From: Candidatus Woesearchaeota archaeon
Lineage (GTDB): Archaea > Nanobdellota > Nanobdellia > Woesearchaeales > CAIVOO01
Assembly (NCBI GenBank): GCA_038890975.1
Contig: JAWAEZ010000001.1
Coordinates: 1,819-65,144, forward strand
Direction of reading: 5' to 3'
Length of the DNA stretch: 63,326 nt
The position numbers and the translations under genes were made by a program. Shown here piece after piece: positions 19,700 to 29,360 of the stretch; the stretch's first letter is position 1, and every line of letters begins with the position of its first letter. Below the pieces are notes generated by a model. It worked only from the letters and a program-made list of their open reading frames with translations. It did no database searches and was not told where the DNA came from.

Positions 19700-19926
19700 G
19701 GGCCTGTAGCGCAGCTTGGATAGCGCGGCAGCCTCCTAAAGTCAATGAAGATATCACTCTGAGTGCCTTTAATGGCAGAAAGAGAGTTAGCAGAGACTGC
19801 TGAAAGCTGTAGGTCGGGGGTTCGAAAATGTTCGGGCGAACTAAAATCTTCATAAAATAATATTAATCAAATGTAAACTAAAACTAATGCTAAAAAAGCC
19901 CTACTTTGAAAGTCCCCCCAGGCCCG
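19700..19926 (+). tRNA. tRNA-Arg(CCU) interrupted by two introns (about 66 nt at 37/38 and about 86 nt in the T-loop near 59/60)
   Basis: Exons: GGGCCTG-TA-GCGC-AGCTTGGATA-GCGC-G-GCAGC-CTCCTA | A-GCTGT-AGGTC-GGGGG-TTCGAA | T-CCCCC-CAGGCCC-G. The joined exons are nearly identical to the intron-less tRNA-Arg(UCU) at 38105-38179. TATA tttataat at 19667-19674. Confidence 0.75.
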
Positions 19927-19948
19927 TTTTTTAATTTTTTTACTTAAT

Positions 19949-21784
19949 TTACAATTTTTGATATTTTTTTATCAGTTCTATTATTTTAAAAGAATCTCCT
20001 TTCCCTCTTAAAACAGACATAACTGCCGCCACCATTTTATTAAATTCTAATCCTTGATTTTCTTTTACTATCCTCTTCACTTCTGCTTCAAGTTCTTTAT
20101 CTTTAAGAATCTTAAATTTATTTATGTTAAGATTTTTTGTTGTGTAGTAATCAAAAATAATTTCTGGTATTATCTCCTTTGAAATCTCGTTATTATTTAA
20201 TGCTTCAAATATTTTTTCAAATATTTCAAAAGGTACTCTTATCTCTTTTTCGTATTTTCGGCTCAAAGATTTTTCTACGCCGAAATATGTTTCGGCAATG
20301 AATGCTGGTTTTATATTTTGAAATTTATTCACTAGTTTTTCAAAATTTTCAGAATTTTGAGAATAAGCTGCAAATTCTGCTAAGTCAAAACCTAGATTAT
20401 AGTCCTTTCTATACCTTTGAATTTTGTCTGTTATTAGTTCTGGTAAAGAAATATCGGAGATATCTGGCACTATTGGAGGGATGTCTGTTTCTGGGTACAT
20501 TCTTGAAGAACCTGGCATAGGCCTGAGAAATGTTGTAGTCCCTTCAGGGTTTGCGTTTCTTACTTCTTTAGGCACTCCTTCAAAACATTCGTATATTCTT
20601 TCAACCGCTGCCTTCATCGCTTTTTCTGATTTTTCTTTTTTATCTGCAATTATTATAAAAGCGTCTTGCATTCCTATGCCAAGAAATTTTGAAAGTTCTT
20701 CTATTTCTACTCTAGAAATATTGTACCTTTCAAGATTTTCATCCGAATGTATTATGCCGCCAACCCCTCCGATTATCTTTGCTCTATCTGAAATTTCTGT
20801 TCCTAAACGCCTTCCTCGTTGTAATTCTTTACCTAATAGTTTTGAAAAGAAAGGAACAGCTATAGCAAGAACAACACCTCCTTCTGATAATGCTTTTTTT
20901 ATTATTTCTGAATTTGTATTTCTAAATATTCGTGTAGCATCTTTTACTTCTATTTTTGTTTTTTTTGCAAATCTTCTATAAAGCTCTTTCTTTATTTCTA
21001 TTAGGTTAAGTTGTCTTATAATTTCTAACTCTACAATTTTGGGGATTAGATTTAAATCTTGGGCACCTTTTATCTCCACTCGATTTCCTTCTGCTATGGA
21101 TACGTTTATATCTTGCCTTACTGTTCCGAGACCTCTTTTTGATTTTCCTGTGCTTCTGATAACCATCCCTATTTTTTCTGCAACTTCTTTGCATTGATCA
21201 GGGCTCTTAATTTCAGGCCCCGTAGCCACCTCTATTAAAGGAATTCCTAAACGGTCTAATCTATAAATCACAGTTCCATCTTCTTTTGCTATCTGCCTTG
21301 CTGATTCTTCTTCTATACATATTGTAGGTATAGTAACTCTTCCTTGGCTTGTTTCTATGTAACCTTTAGTTGCTATTAAAGCCGTCCTCTGAAAACCAGT
21401 AGTATTTGACCCATCTATTACTGTTTTTCTCATGATGTTTATTTCATCAACAGGTTTAGCGTTAAGAAGTAAGCTAACTTGTAGCGCTGTTTCTAAAGCT
21501 TCTTTATTCATAGGATTAGGGGGTGCTTCATCAAATTCTACTAAACAAGTAGTATCGTAATATCCCTCGTAGATAAATCTTCTTCCCTTTAACATTTCGT
21601 AAGCAGCAGCTACATCAATATCTCCCATTTCTCCTTCAACTGCTCTTAAAGTTCTACTAACAACAAAATGAGGTTCCTCATTCTTTAAAACAGAATCGCA
21701 ATTGCAGAAAAGTTTTTTTGTTTCAAGTTGTTGGTGTATTTCCAACCCGCACTTTAAACCAAATTTTTCGTAGTTAATTATCAT
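19949..21784 (-). CDS. gatE: Glu-tRNA(Gln) amidotransferase subunit E (archaeal)
   Basis: GLKCGLEIHQQL, GatB-like core with an inserted domain, 611 aa. gatD lies just upstream. Confidence 0.9.
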   Translation of the reverse strand: MIINYEKFGLKCGLEIHQQLETKKLFCNCDSVLKNEEPHFVVSRTLRAVEGEMGDIDVAAAYEMLKGRRFIYEGYYDTTCLVEFDEAPPNPMNKEALETALQVSLLLNAKPVDEINIMRKTVIDGSNTTGFQRTALIATKGYIETSQGRVTIPTICIEEESARQIAKEDGTVIYRLDRLGIPLIEVATGPEIKSPDQCKEVAEKIGMVIRSTGKSKRGLGTVRQDINVSIAEGNRVEIKGAQDLNLIPKIVELEIIRQLNLIEIKKELYRRFAKKTKIEVKDATRIFRNTNSEIIKKALSEGGVVLAIAVPFFSKLLGKELQRGRRLGTEISDRAKIIGGVGGIIHSDENLERYNISRVEIEELSKFLGIGMQDAFIIIADKKEKSEKAMKAAVERIYECFEGVPKEVRNANPEGTTTFLRPMPGSSRMYPETDIPPIVPDISDISLPELITDKIQRYRKDYNLGFDLAEFAAYSQNSENFEKLVNKFQNIKPAFIAETYFGVEKSLSRKYEKEIRVPFEIFEKIFEALNNNEISKEIIPEIIFDYYTTKNLNINKFKILKDKELEAEVKRIVKENQGLEFNKMVAAVMSVLRGKGDSFKIIELIKKYQKL

Positions 21785-21785
21785 T

Positions 21786-22025
21786 TTAGTTATTTCTTCG
21801 CCAAATTAGTTTATCTTCTTTTCTTATTTCTTTTATTCTATGGAGAGGTATTTCGATTTCTTTTCCCTCGTTATTCACAATAAAAAAATTATTTTCAATT
21901 TCTTTTATTTCCGTAAATCTTATCCCTTGAATCGTTCTTGATGCCCTATCTGAGTAAAAAATGATGTATTTTTCTTTATCTTTTTCGTGCCATTTAATTC
22001 TGTTAAGTTCTTCTCTTATGGTCAT
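21786..22025 (-). CDS. small conserved archaeal protein (UPF0248/DUF504-like, from memory)
   Basis: 79 aa: LNRIKWHEKD...IPLHRIKEIRK. Sits between gatD and gatE with a 1-nt gap to gatE. Confidence 0.5.
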   Translation of the reverse strand: MTIREELNRIKWHEKDKEKYIIFYSDRASRTIQGIRFTEIKEIENNFFIVNNEGKEIEIPLHRIKEIRKEDKLIWRRNN

Positions 22026-22058
22026 TCAAATTTTTAATTGAAGTATTTATGTTTAATA

Positions 22059-23369
22059 TTATTTTAGGAAGGTGTCTGGTGTTTCTCTATCTGTTATTTC
22101 ACCTGCAATATTTAAGAGCATCAGCGACTTTATATCTTCTAAATTTTTTGCGTGAGCCAAGGCATACATTAATTTAATATAAGCTACCTCTGGAAGCATA
22201 TCCTCTACAAAAATGCTTTTTAGTTCTATTGAAAGCTTCCTAAGGTTTGTATACACATAAGGGTGTACTCTTCCGTAGATTGTTTGAGATGCTATAACAA
22301 CAGGAATGTTCTTTTTAATTGCTCTTTCTATAGCTGGGATAAGAGTTTTTGTATTGTTTGTAGGAACATGCCCGAGAGCTGTTGCTGATATGACAATGCC
22401 TTTTGCTCCTTTATTTATGTGGTAATCAATTATTCCGGGTTCCATACCTGGATAAACAAGAACAAGGGCAACTTTTTCGTTTATCTTTGTATCAAGAACA
22501 GGCGCTTTATTTTTATTGTCTTTCTCAATAGAATATCTTCTGTTATAATTTGTTGTAAGAACTTCAACTTCTCCCTTAATATTTATTTTTGCTATTGCAT
22601 TATCATTCACGGGTCTAAAAGCATCTCTTCTTGATGCGTGCATTTTTCTTACTTTTGTCCCCCTTATAAGAAGACAATAATCATCGTTTATTGTTCCATG
22701 CATGCATGTCATAACTTCTGCTCCATCAAATTTTGCAGCTGCTTGAACTGCACAAATAAGATTCATAAATGCGTCAGAAGACCCTCTGTCTATTGATCTC
22801 TGAGCTCCTGTTATTATTATTGGTTTGTTAGGTTTTTGAATCATAAAAGAAAGCGCTGCTGCTATGTAGTGCATAGTGTCTGTGCCGGTTGTTATAACAA
22901 CGCCGTCACATTTTTTAAGTTCTTTGAAGGTTTCTTCTGCTATTTTGATCCAATCTTTTGGCATTATATCCTCGGACATCGCTGACATAATTTTCCTAGT
23001 TCTAATGTTTGCTATTTCTTTAAGCTCGGGACACATAGCAACTAAATCTTCACTTGTAAAATATGCAGAAACCCCGCCTGTAGTATAATCAACTTTGCTT
23101 GATATTGTTCCCCCTGTTGACAATATTGTTACAATAGGAAGTTTTTTATTAAATTTTAATTTAATTTTCTTTTTTGTTTTTTTTGGTTTATATTTTTCCA
23201 ATACTTCTATTCTCTTGATTTTTTTTTTATCAACTCCTATGTTATAACCGTTATCAAGTTTAATAACAATAAAATCTTGTGGCAATAATGAAGGTCGTTG
23301 TATAAGAACTCCTTCAATAATTGAATCTTGGCAAATAATTTTTACTCTGTCGCCTGCTTCAGCAACCAT
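22059..23369 (-). CDS. gatD: Glu-tRNA(Gln) amidotransferase subunit D (asparaginase-like)
   Basis: STGGTISS and HGTDTM-like TTGTDTMHY asparaginase motifs. 436 aa. Confidence 0.9.
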   Translation of the reverse strand: MVAEAGDRVKIICQDSIIEGVLIQRPSLLPQDFIVIKLDNGYNIGVDKKKIKRIEVLEKYKPKKTKKKIKLKFNKKLPIVTILSTGGTISSKVDYTTGGVSAYFTSEDLVAMCPELKEIANIRTRKIMSAMSEDIMPKDWIKIAEETFKELKKCDGVVITTGTDTMHYIAAALSFMIQKPNKPIIITGAQRSIDRGSSDAFMNLICAVQAAAKFDGAEVMTCMHGTINDDYCLLIRGTKVRKMHASRRDAFRPVNDNAIAKINIKGEVEVLTTNYNRRYSIEKDNKNKAPVLDTKINEKVALVLVYPGMEPGIIDYHINKGAKGIVISATALGHVPTNNTKTLIPAIERAIKKNIPVVIASQTIYGRVHPYVYTNLRKLSIELKSIFVEDMLPEVAYIKLMYALAHAKNLEDIKSLMLLNIAGEITDRETPDTFLK

Positions 23370-23546
23370 TTAAAAATAGATTTTTACAATATTATATAAA
23401 ATTATCGTCATAAAAGTAGAAAAATTTATATAATGATTTTTTAACTATTTTTTAGTAATTAATTTATCAATGAAGATTAACGCGTGTAGTTTGTTATTGC
23501 ACATTTTTAAAAATGTTTATATTTTAATATTTTCTATCCATAATCT

Positions 23547-24029
23547 ATGAACAAAAAACTAAAGCTCATAGAATTCTTATTAATCTTTTTAGTTATCATT
23601 CTATCATCGTATATTATTTTCTTATTATTTTCCAAAAGCGGCGAAGAACGCATCTTAGTGAAAGATTTATTTAATAAAACAATTATAAAAGAAGAAAATA
23701 TTTCTTGCGAAAAAAACTATTCTGTCGCTGAACAAATAAAGTGCTTTACTGAAAACGCTATAAAAAACAAAGACATCAATTTTTGCAACACAAATATATC
23801 TTCTAACGAAACCGTAGCTGTGGGGGAATGGCAAATCTCATGTTATTTTGCTGTAATAAACGAAACAGGAAATTATAGTTTATGCGAGCATATTGAAAAA
23901 ACAGGAACAATATCCACAGATACCTGCTACCTTAATGTTGTAATATACACAAAAGAAAAAAATTTATGTAGAAAAATAAAAAACGAATCATTAAGAGAAT
24001 ATTGTTATAAATTTAAAATGTTATCTTAA
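23547..24029 (+). CDS. membrane-anchored or secreted Cys-rich protein with several N-x-S/T sequons
   Basis: N-terminal hydrophobic helix LIEFLLIFLVIILSSYIIFLLF. Regularly spaced Cys. NIS, NYS, NET and NES sequons. Confidence 0.55.
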   Translation: MNKKLKLIEFLLIFLVIILSSYIIFLLFSKSGEERILVKDLFNKTIIKEENISCEKNYSVAEQIKCFTENAIKNKDINFCNTNISSNETVAVGEWQISCYFAVINETGNYSLCEHIEKTGTISTDTCYLNVVIYTKEKNLCRKIKNESLREYCYKFKMLS

Positions 24030-24046
24030 CATTAATAAAATTAAAA

Positions 24047-26332
24047 TCAGCCGTAATAAATTGGCTTTTCTTCCTTCATTTCCCTGCCTCGTGCCGATTT
24101 GAAATGCTCCCTTATTTCTTCGTAAGCTTGTTTAATCTCCTTTGTTGTAGAAGGTCTCACCTTTAACAGCGCTTCCTCAAAATCTTTCGCAGTAACTTCT
24201 TTAGCATTCATATTTTTTCTTAAAGCAAGTATCGCCGCTTCCCTGCATAAAGCCTCTAAATCTGCTCCTACATATCCTTCGGTTTTCTTAGCTAATTCAT
24301 TAAGATTCACGTTTTTCAAAGGCATTTTGGCTGTATGAACTTTCAGTATTTCCAATCTTGCTTTTTCGTTAGGAACATCAACAAGAATTATTCTATCAAA
24401 CCTTCCTGGTCTTAATAATGCACTATCTATCATATCTGGTCTGTTAGTTGCTGCTATTATTATAACATCGTTTAAAGATTTCAACCCGTCCATTTCGGTT
24501 AGTAATTGATTAACTATGCGCTCGGTTACGTGACTATCGGAGCTTATTCCTCTTTTTGGGGCTATAGCATCAAGCTCGTCAAAGAAAATAATTGTAGGGC
24601 TCGTTTGTCTCGCTTTTAAAAATACTCTCCTAACAGCTTTTTCGCTTTCTCCAACCCATTTACTTAAAAGTTCTGGCCCGTTGACGCAGATAAAATTGGC
24701 CTGCGACTCTGTCGCTACTGCTTTTGCAAGCAATGTTTTTCCTGTGCCTGGCGCGCCGTAAAGAAGAATTCCTTTTGGGGGGCTTACCCCTAATCTCTTA
24801 AAAGAATCAGGGTTTTTAAGAGGCCACTCAACTGCTTCTTTTAATTCTTGTTTAACATCTTCCAACCCTCCTATGTCCTCCCATTTTACATTTGGAACTT
24901 CTATAAGTACTTCTCTCAAAGCGCTAGGCCTTACAATCTTTAGTGCTTCTTTAAAATCCTCCTGTTTTATAATAAGTTTTTCAAGCACCTCTTTAGGTAT
25001 TTGCTCTCCCTCTTTTAATCTTAAATCAGGAAGCACTTTTCTTAAAACAATCATCGCTGCTTCTTTTGCCAAAGCCGCCAAATCTGCCCCTACAAAACCA
25101 TAAGTTATTTCAGCAATTTCTTTCAAGTTTACAGATTCGTGAAGAGGCATATTTCTTGTGTGGATCTTCAGTATTGTATGCCTACCTTCCTTGCCAGGTG
25201 CTCCTATCTCTATCTCCCTATCAAACCTTCCGGGTCTCCTTAACGCAGGGTCCAATGCATTAGGAATGTTTGATGCTGCTATTACAATTACTTTTCCTCT
25301 TGTTTGCAACCCGTCCATCAATGAAAGAAGCTGAGCAACAACCCTCTTCTCCACTTCACCATGTGTCTCTTCTCTCTTCGTAGCAATAGCATCTATTTCG
25401 TCTATGAAAATTATTGAAGGAGCATTTTTTTCCGCTTCTTCAAACTTTTTTCTTATGTTCTCTTCGCTCTGACCGTAATATTTTGACATTATTTCTGGAC
25501 CGTTTATTAATATAAAATTCGCATCTGTTTCGTTTGCTACAGCTTTCGCGAGTAGTGTTTTTCCTGTTCCTGGCGGGCCGTGCAACAAAACTCCTTTAGG
25601 AGGGTCTATACCCAACCTTTCAAATATCTCTGGATGTTTTAGAGGAAGCTCAACCATTTCTCTTATTTTTTTTATTTCTTCGTCAAGGCCCCCTATATCT
25701 TCATATGTAACCTCGGGCATCTTTTCTTCTTCTTCTAATTCCACAGCTTCCGGGTTAAGTTCTATGTGCGTGTTTTCTGTTATCAAAACTGCTTGTTTTG
25801 GATTAGTATCTACAACAAGAAATTTAATATCTGAAAACCCAAAACCTATCATTCCGTCCTCGTCAAGCATGCTAAAAACATCTGCGAAGAAAGGGCTTTC
25901 AAGCATTATGCTTCTTCTCCTTTTTGTGCCCCCGAGGGATATGATATCTCCTTTTACAACAGCCCTGCCAAGAAGCCCCCTTCTAAAAATCTCTATTGGC
26001 GCTTTTATAAGTATTCCTTTTCTTGCAGGTGCGATTATTACTTTTTTAGCTTCTTTGATGTCTGCTTTTTTTATAGTAACTATTTCGCCCAGTCCTGTTT
26101 TTGCGTTTTTTCTGGTTATACCATCCATCCTTACAATATTGAGACCTATGTCTCCCGGATATGCCCTGTCTACTATTGCTACGGTTTTTTTATTACCCTC
26201 TATTTCTATTATGTCCCCAACTTTTATCCCCGCGTCTTTTAAAATAGAAGAATCTATTCTTACTATACCTTTATTAACATCGTCTTGAAACGCTTCTACT
26301 ACTTTTAGTTTTATGATTTTCTCTTCAACCAT
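24047..26332 (-). CDS. Cdc48/VCP-type double AAA+ ATPase
   Basis: Two [15 protein letters not shown] / [15 protein letters not shown] Walker A modules, an N-domain, and a C-terminal ...IYYG end consistent with an HbYX-type tail. Confidence 0.92.
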   Translation of the reverse strand: MVEEKIIKLKVVEAFQDDVNKGIVRIDSSILKDAGIKVGDIIEIEGNKKTVAIVDRAYPGDIGLNIVRMDGITRKNAKTGLGEIVTIKKADIKEAKKVIIAPARKGILIKAPIEIFRRGLLGRAVVKGDIISLGGTKRRRSIMLESPFFADVFSMLDEDGMIGFGFSDIKFLVVDTNPKQAVLITENTHIELNPEAVELEEEEKMPEVTYEDIGGLDEEIKKIREMVELPLKHPEIFERLGIDPPKGVLLHGPPGTGKTLLAKAVANETDANFILINGPEIMSKYYGQSEENIRKKFEEAEKNAPSIIFIDEIDAIATKREETHGEVEKRVVAQLLSLMDGLQTRGKVIVIAASNIPNALDPALRRPGRFDREIEIGAPGKEGRHTILKIHTRNMPLHESVNLKEIAEITYGFVGADLAALAKEAAMIVLRKVLPDLRLKEGEQIPKEVLEKLIIKQEDFKEALKIVRPSALREVLIEVPNVKWEDIGGLEDVKQELKEAVEWPLKNPDSFKRLGVSPPKGILLYGAPGTGKTLLAKAVATESQANFICVNGPELLSKWVGESEKAVRRVFLKARQTSPTIIFFDELDAIAPKRGISSDSHVTERIVNQLLTEMDGLKSLNDVIIIAATNRPDMIDSALLRPGRFDRIILVDVPNEKARLEILKVHTAKMPLKNVNLNELAKKTEGYVGADLEALCREAAILALRKNMNAKEVTAKDFEEALLKVRPSTTKEIKQAYEEIREHFKSARGREMKEEKPIYYG

Positions 26333-26492
26333 TGCCTTTGATTATCTTTTTATTTGTTTATAAAGATTTTTATTTATCAATTTTTTTGCTACTATATAGT
26401 GAATACAAACAAAAGGTTTATAAAATTTTTTATTTTTAGAATAGCTTATTAATGTTTTTATTTTAAATTTTATAGTTAATTACTCTAAAAAA

Positions 26493-26924
26493 CTAACCGC
26501 TAACCTTCACCTTGGGTAAAGGTACAGGTGGAGGTAGATTAACCTCTCTCGCGAGGAGTATCGCTTCAATATTGCATTTTGACAATATTGTATTTATAAC
26601 AGGGGTAGCGACCTCTTTGTGAAGTTTTTTGTTCTTATTCCATTCGTTGATTATTTCTTTCACTTTCTCAACTTCGTCAATCGCTATGAGGTCTCCTACC
26701 AGAAGAATCTTGCCGCCTTTCGGTTCATAATTAGCGCTGTATTCAAAACTAAATTTTAACGCCTCTTGCTTGGTTTTACCTAAAAATAAATCTGTCTTTT
26801 GAACATTCTTAAACTGAACATTATATTTTATGCTTATTTTACCTTTAATTTCTGGCTCCTTTTCTACGCTAATTTTTGTTATATTAAAAGCGATTATTCC
26901 TACCATAAGATCACCTTCACCCAA
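26493..26924 (-). CDS. hypothetical protein, 143 aa
   Basis: ORF track. No motif recognised. Confidence 0.5.
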   Translation of the reverse strand: MGEGDLMVGIIAFNITKISVEKEPEIKGKISIKYNVQFKNVQKTDLFLGKTKQEALKFSFEYSANYEPKGGKILLVGDLIAIDEVEKVKEIINEWNKNKKLHKEVATPVINTILSKCNIEAILLAREVNLPPPVPLPKVKVSG

Positions 26925-27065
26925 ATAAAAAGCGGTTGTTTAAATATGTTTTGGTATAAACCTCTACATTTTCAGCAGAGTAGAACATTTATAAATAAAA
27001 ATCATTTTAACACATTTTTAATTAATTTTAATAATCACAAACACCCTTCGAGTGCTGTTTATAAA

Positions 27066-27998
27066 ATGAAACCAATAAAACAAATAGATATCTCTCGTGG
27101 AATGAAAGTTTCTGAACTTGTAAAAGAAATGCTAAATTCGGGAGTTTTCGGTGCTGGGAGAGTAGGGCGCGCGAGCGAAATTTTTAAAGAAATGATTAAT
27201 GACGAAAAATGCACAATATTTTTCGGCCTTGCTGGAGCAATGGTCCCTGGAGGGATGAAAAATATAATAATAGATATGCTTGAAAACAAAGCCATAGATA
27301 TTTTTGTAACAACAGGAGCTAACCTAACGCATGATATTATTGAAGCACTTGGTTATAGTCATTATGTTGGTGATGCACACGCGGACGACAAAGAACTTAA
27401 TAAAGCGAACATAGATAGAATTTATGAGGCGTATATGCCTAATGATGTGTATGAAGGTCTTGAAAATTTTTTTAATGAAATTTTTGAAGAACTCCCGCAA
27501 GAAAGTAATATAAAAGATTTTCTATGGGTGCTCGGAAGCAAATTAAAAAATAAATCAATAATCAGAGTTTGTTACGAAAATAAAATTCCAATATTCTGCC
27601 CAGCAATAGCTGACTCGGGTATAGGATTAATGATGTGGGGGAAAATTGCTTCTGGTAAAAAAATAAAAATTGACGCCTTTGAAGATATGAAAGAAATAAT
27701 GCGACTTAGTTGGGATTGTAAAAAAGCAGGTGTCTTTTATGTAGGAGGCGGGGTACCTAAAAATTTTATACAACAAGCAATGCAGTTTGCTCCAAAAGGG
27801 GCTGACTACGGAATACAGATAACGACAGATACTCCTCACTACGGAGGAAGCTCTGGTGCTGAACTAAGGGAAGGAATATCCTGGGGTAAGATAAGCAAAG
27901 AAGCTAAATTTGTAGATGTTTATTGCGATGCGACAATTGCGTTGCCATTAATCTGGGCTGCTGTAAAAGAAGAAACAAAAAGAAGAAGCATAAAATAA
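27066..27998 (+). CDS. dys: deoxyhypusine synthase
   Basis: GLAGAMVPGGM, TTGANLTHD, GGGVPKNF. The track ORF start (26799) overlaps the convergent upstream gene, so the ATG at 27066 (MKPIKQ) is preferred. Confidence 0.85.
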   Translation: MKPIKQIDISRGMKVSELVKEMLNSGVFGAGRVGRASEIFKEMINDEKCTIFFGLAGAMVPGGMKNIIIDMLENKAIDIFVTTGANLTHDIIEALGYSHYVGDAHADDKELNKANIDRIYEAYMPNDVYEGLENFFNEIFEELPQESNIKDFLWVLGSKLKNKSIIRVCYENKIPIFCPAIADSGIGLMMWGKIASGKKIKIDAFEDMKEIMRLSWDCKKAGVFYVGGGVPKNFIQQAMQFAPKGADYGIQITTDTPHYGGSSGAELREGISWGKISKEAKFVDVYCDATIALPLIWAAVKEETKRRSIK

Positions 27999-28001
27999 AA
28001 G

Positions 28002-28526
28002 ATGAGATTGTTTATTGCTATAAATTTTAATGAATTTGCTGATTATTTCATAAAATTACAGAAACAACTACCAGAAGCAAAACATACTTTCGCAAAAGAT
28101 TTTCATCTGACCCTTAAATTTCTTGGAGAGGTTGATGACAATAAACTAGAAGAAATTAAAAAAATTCTTTCAGAGATAAAATTCCGAAGTTTTAATTGCG
28201 AAACTACTGAACTAGGGTATTTCAATAAAAAATTCTTGAGAGTAATTTTTGTTTCATTAAATTGTTCGGAGAATATAGAAAAACTTCAAAAAAAAATAGA
28301 TGCTGCATTAAGCAACTTATTCAAAAAGGAAAATAATTTTACACCTCATATAACAATAGCAAGGGTAAAAATAGTAACTAACAAAAATTCGTACATAAAC
28401 AAGATTAAGAAGATTAGAATAGAAAAACTTTCAAAGAGAATAAACTCTTTTGAGCTTATAAAAAGTAACCTTACTCCGGAAGGGCCTATTTACGAGGTAT
28501 TAGGAGAGTTTAAAGCGAATGATTGA
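28002..28526 (+). CDS. thpR: RNA 2',3'-cyclic phosphodiesterase (2H phosphoesterase, ThpR/LigT family)
   Basis: Two HxTx motifs: FHLTLKFLG and PHITIAR. Confidence 0.8.
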   Translation: MRLFIAINFNEFADYFIKLQKQLPEAKHTFAKDFHLTLKFLGEVDDNKLEEIKKILSEIKFRSFNCETTELGYFNKKFLRVIFVSLNCSENIEKLQKKIDAALSNLFKKENNFTPHITIARVKIVTNKNSYINKIKKIRIEKLSKRINSFELIKSNLTPEGPIYEVLGEFKAND

Positions 28527-28614
28527 TTATTAAATTTTTATTAAGGTATAATAAATATGGATATTAGGGTTAAATTTATAAAGTAGTTCTTTTCCCTTCT
28601 TTTTTATTACCAAA

Positions 28615-28692
28615 GTTTTAAGGTATTAACGCCTTAAAACATCGCTTGCTGAGGTGAAAAAAATGCAAGTTCCTTCTTTGGAATTTGCTTAA
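28615..28692 (+). promoter_or_regulatory. uS2 leader: perfect 9-bp hairpin followed by an SD-preceded 9-codon mini-ORF
   Basis: gttttaagg (28615-28623) pairs with ccttaaaac (28632-28640). GAGGTGAaaaaaATG at 28651-28665 opens MQVPSLEFA*, whose stop (28690-28692) is 8 nt before the uS2 ATG. TATA-like taaatttataaag at 28571-28583. Confidence 0.4.
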
Positions 28693-28700
28693 AAAGTAAT

Positions 28701-29303
28701 ATGACAGAAACACAAGAACTTTTGGTACCTGTTGATACATACTCAAAAGCGGGGGTACATATAGGTACGAAGTTTAAAACAAAGCATATGGAAGAGTTCA
28801 TTTATAAAACGAGACCTGACGGACTTGTTATAATGAACCTACAAAAAATAGACGAAAGATTAAGAATAGCTTCTGACTTTATGTCTCATTACTCCCCCGA
28901 AGAGATTGTAATAGTCGCAAAAAGAGAAAATTCTTGGAAACCATTAAAACTTTTTAGCAAACTTACAGGCATAACTGCTTATGCAGGGCGGTACGCCCCA
29001 GGGACCTTAACAAATACTGCACTTAAAAATTTTGCAGAATTCAAATTGATGATTGTTGTAGATGCGTGGGTTGACAAAAATGCTGTAAATGATGCAAAAA
29101 AAGTAGGTATTCCTGTAATTGCTTTGTGCGACACTAATAATGTAGCCAACGAATTAGACTTTGTGATTCCGTGCAACAACAAAGGAAGAAAATCTCTTGG
29201 GCTGGTTTTGTGGATTCTTGCAAGAGAATACTTATACAAGAGGGGGCTGTTACAAAGAGGCGTATCCCCAGATATATCTCTTGACGAGTTCTGGGAAGAT
29301 TAA
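28701..29303 (+). CDS. rps2: ribosomal protein uS2
   Basis: LLVPVDTYSKAGVHIGTKF and TNTALKNF...DTNN, typical of the archaeal S2 family. Confidence 0.9.
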   Translation: MTETQELLVPVDTYSKAGVHIGTKFKTKHMEEFIYKTRPDGLVIMNLQKIDERLRIASDFMSHYSPEEIVIVAKRENSWKPLKLFSKLTGITAYAGRYAPGTLTNTALKNFAEFKLMIVVDAWVDKNAVNDAKKVGIPVIALCDTNNVANELDFVIPCNNKGRKSLGLVLWILAREYLYKRGLLQRGVSPDISLDEFWED

Positions 29304-29360
29304 ATTTACTTTTTTGATGAACTTATCGTATTTAAAAATAGATTAAGCATAAAAACTATT

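Noticed and set aside
19739-19804. Possible C/D-box sRNA inside the first tRNA-Arg(CCU) intron (AUGAAGA ... CUGA ... CUGA)
   Set aside because: The C box has a mismatch. The C-to-D' spacer is only 7 nt, there is no convincing C' box, and the spacing is irregular. This is not enough to call a guide RNA.
20424-20981. 185-aa plus-strand ORF; likewise 25764-26288, 44951-45418, 49600-50013, 56935-57495, 40665-40958 and 41739-42044
   Set aside because: Each lies fully inside, and antisense to, a gene with strong family motifs or operon context (gatE, cdc48, the RPA-like gene, the giant hydrolase, pilin-operon genes, top6B and rio1). Their Ser/Phe/Leu-rich composition is typical of antisense frames.
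26799-27065. 89-codon N-terminal extension of the deoxyhypusine synthase ORF
   Set aside because: The extension overlaps the convergent gene 26493-26924 and is hydrophobic and low-complexity. The conserved protein begins at MKPIKQ (27066).
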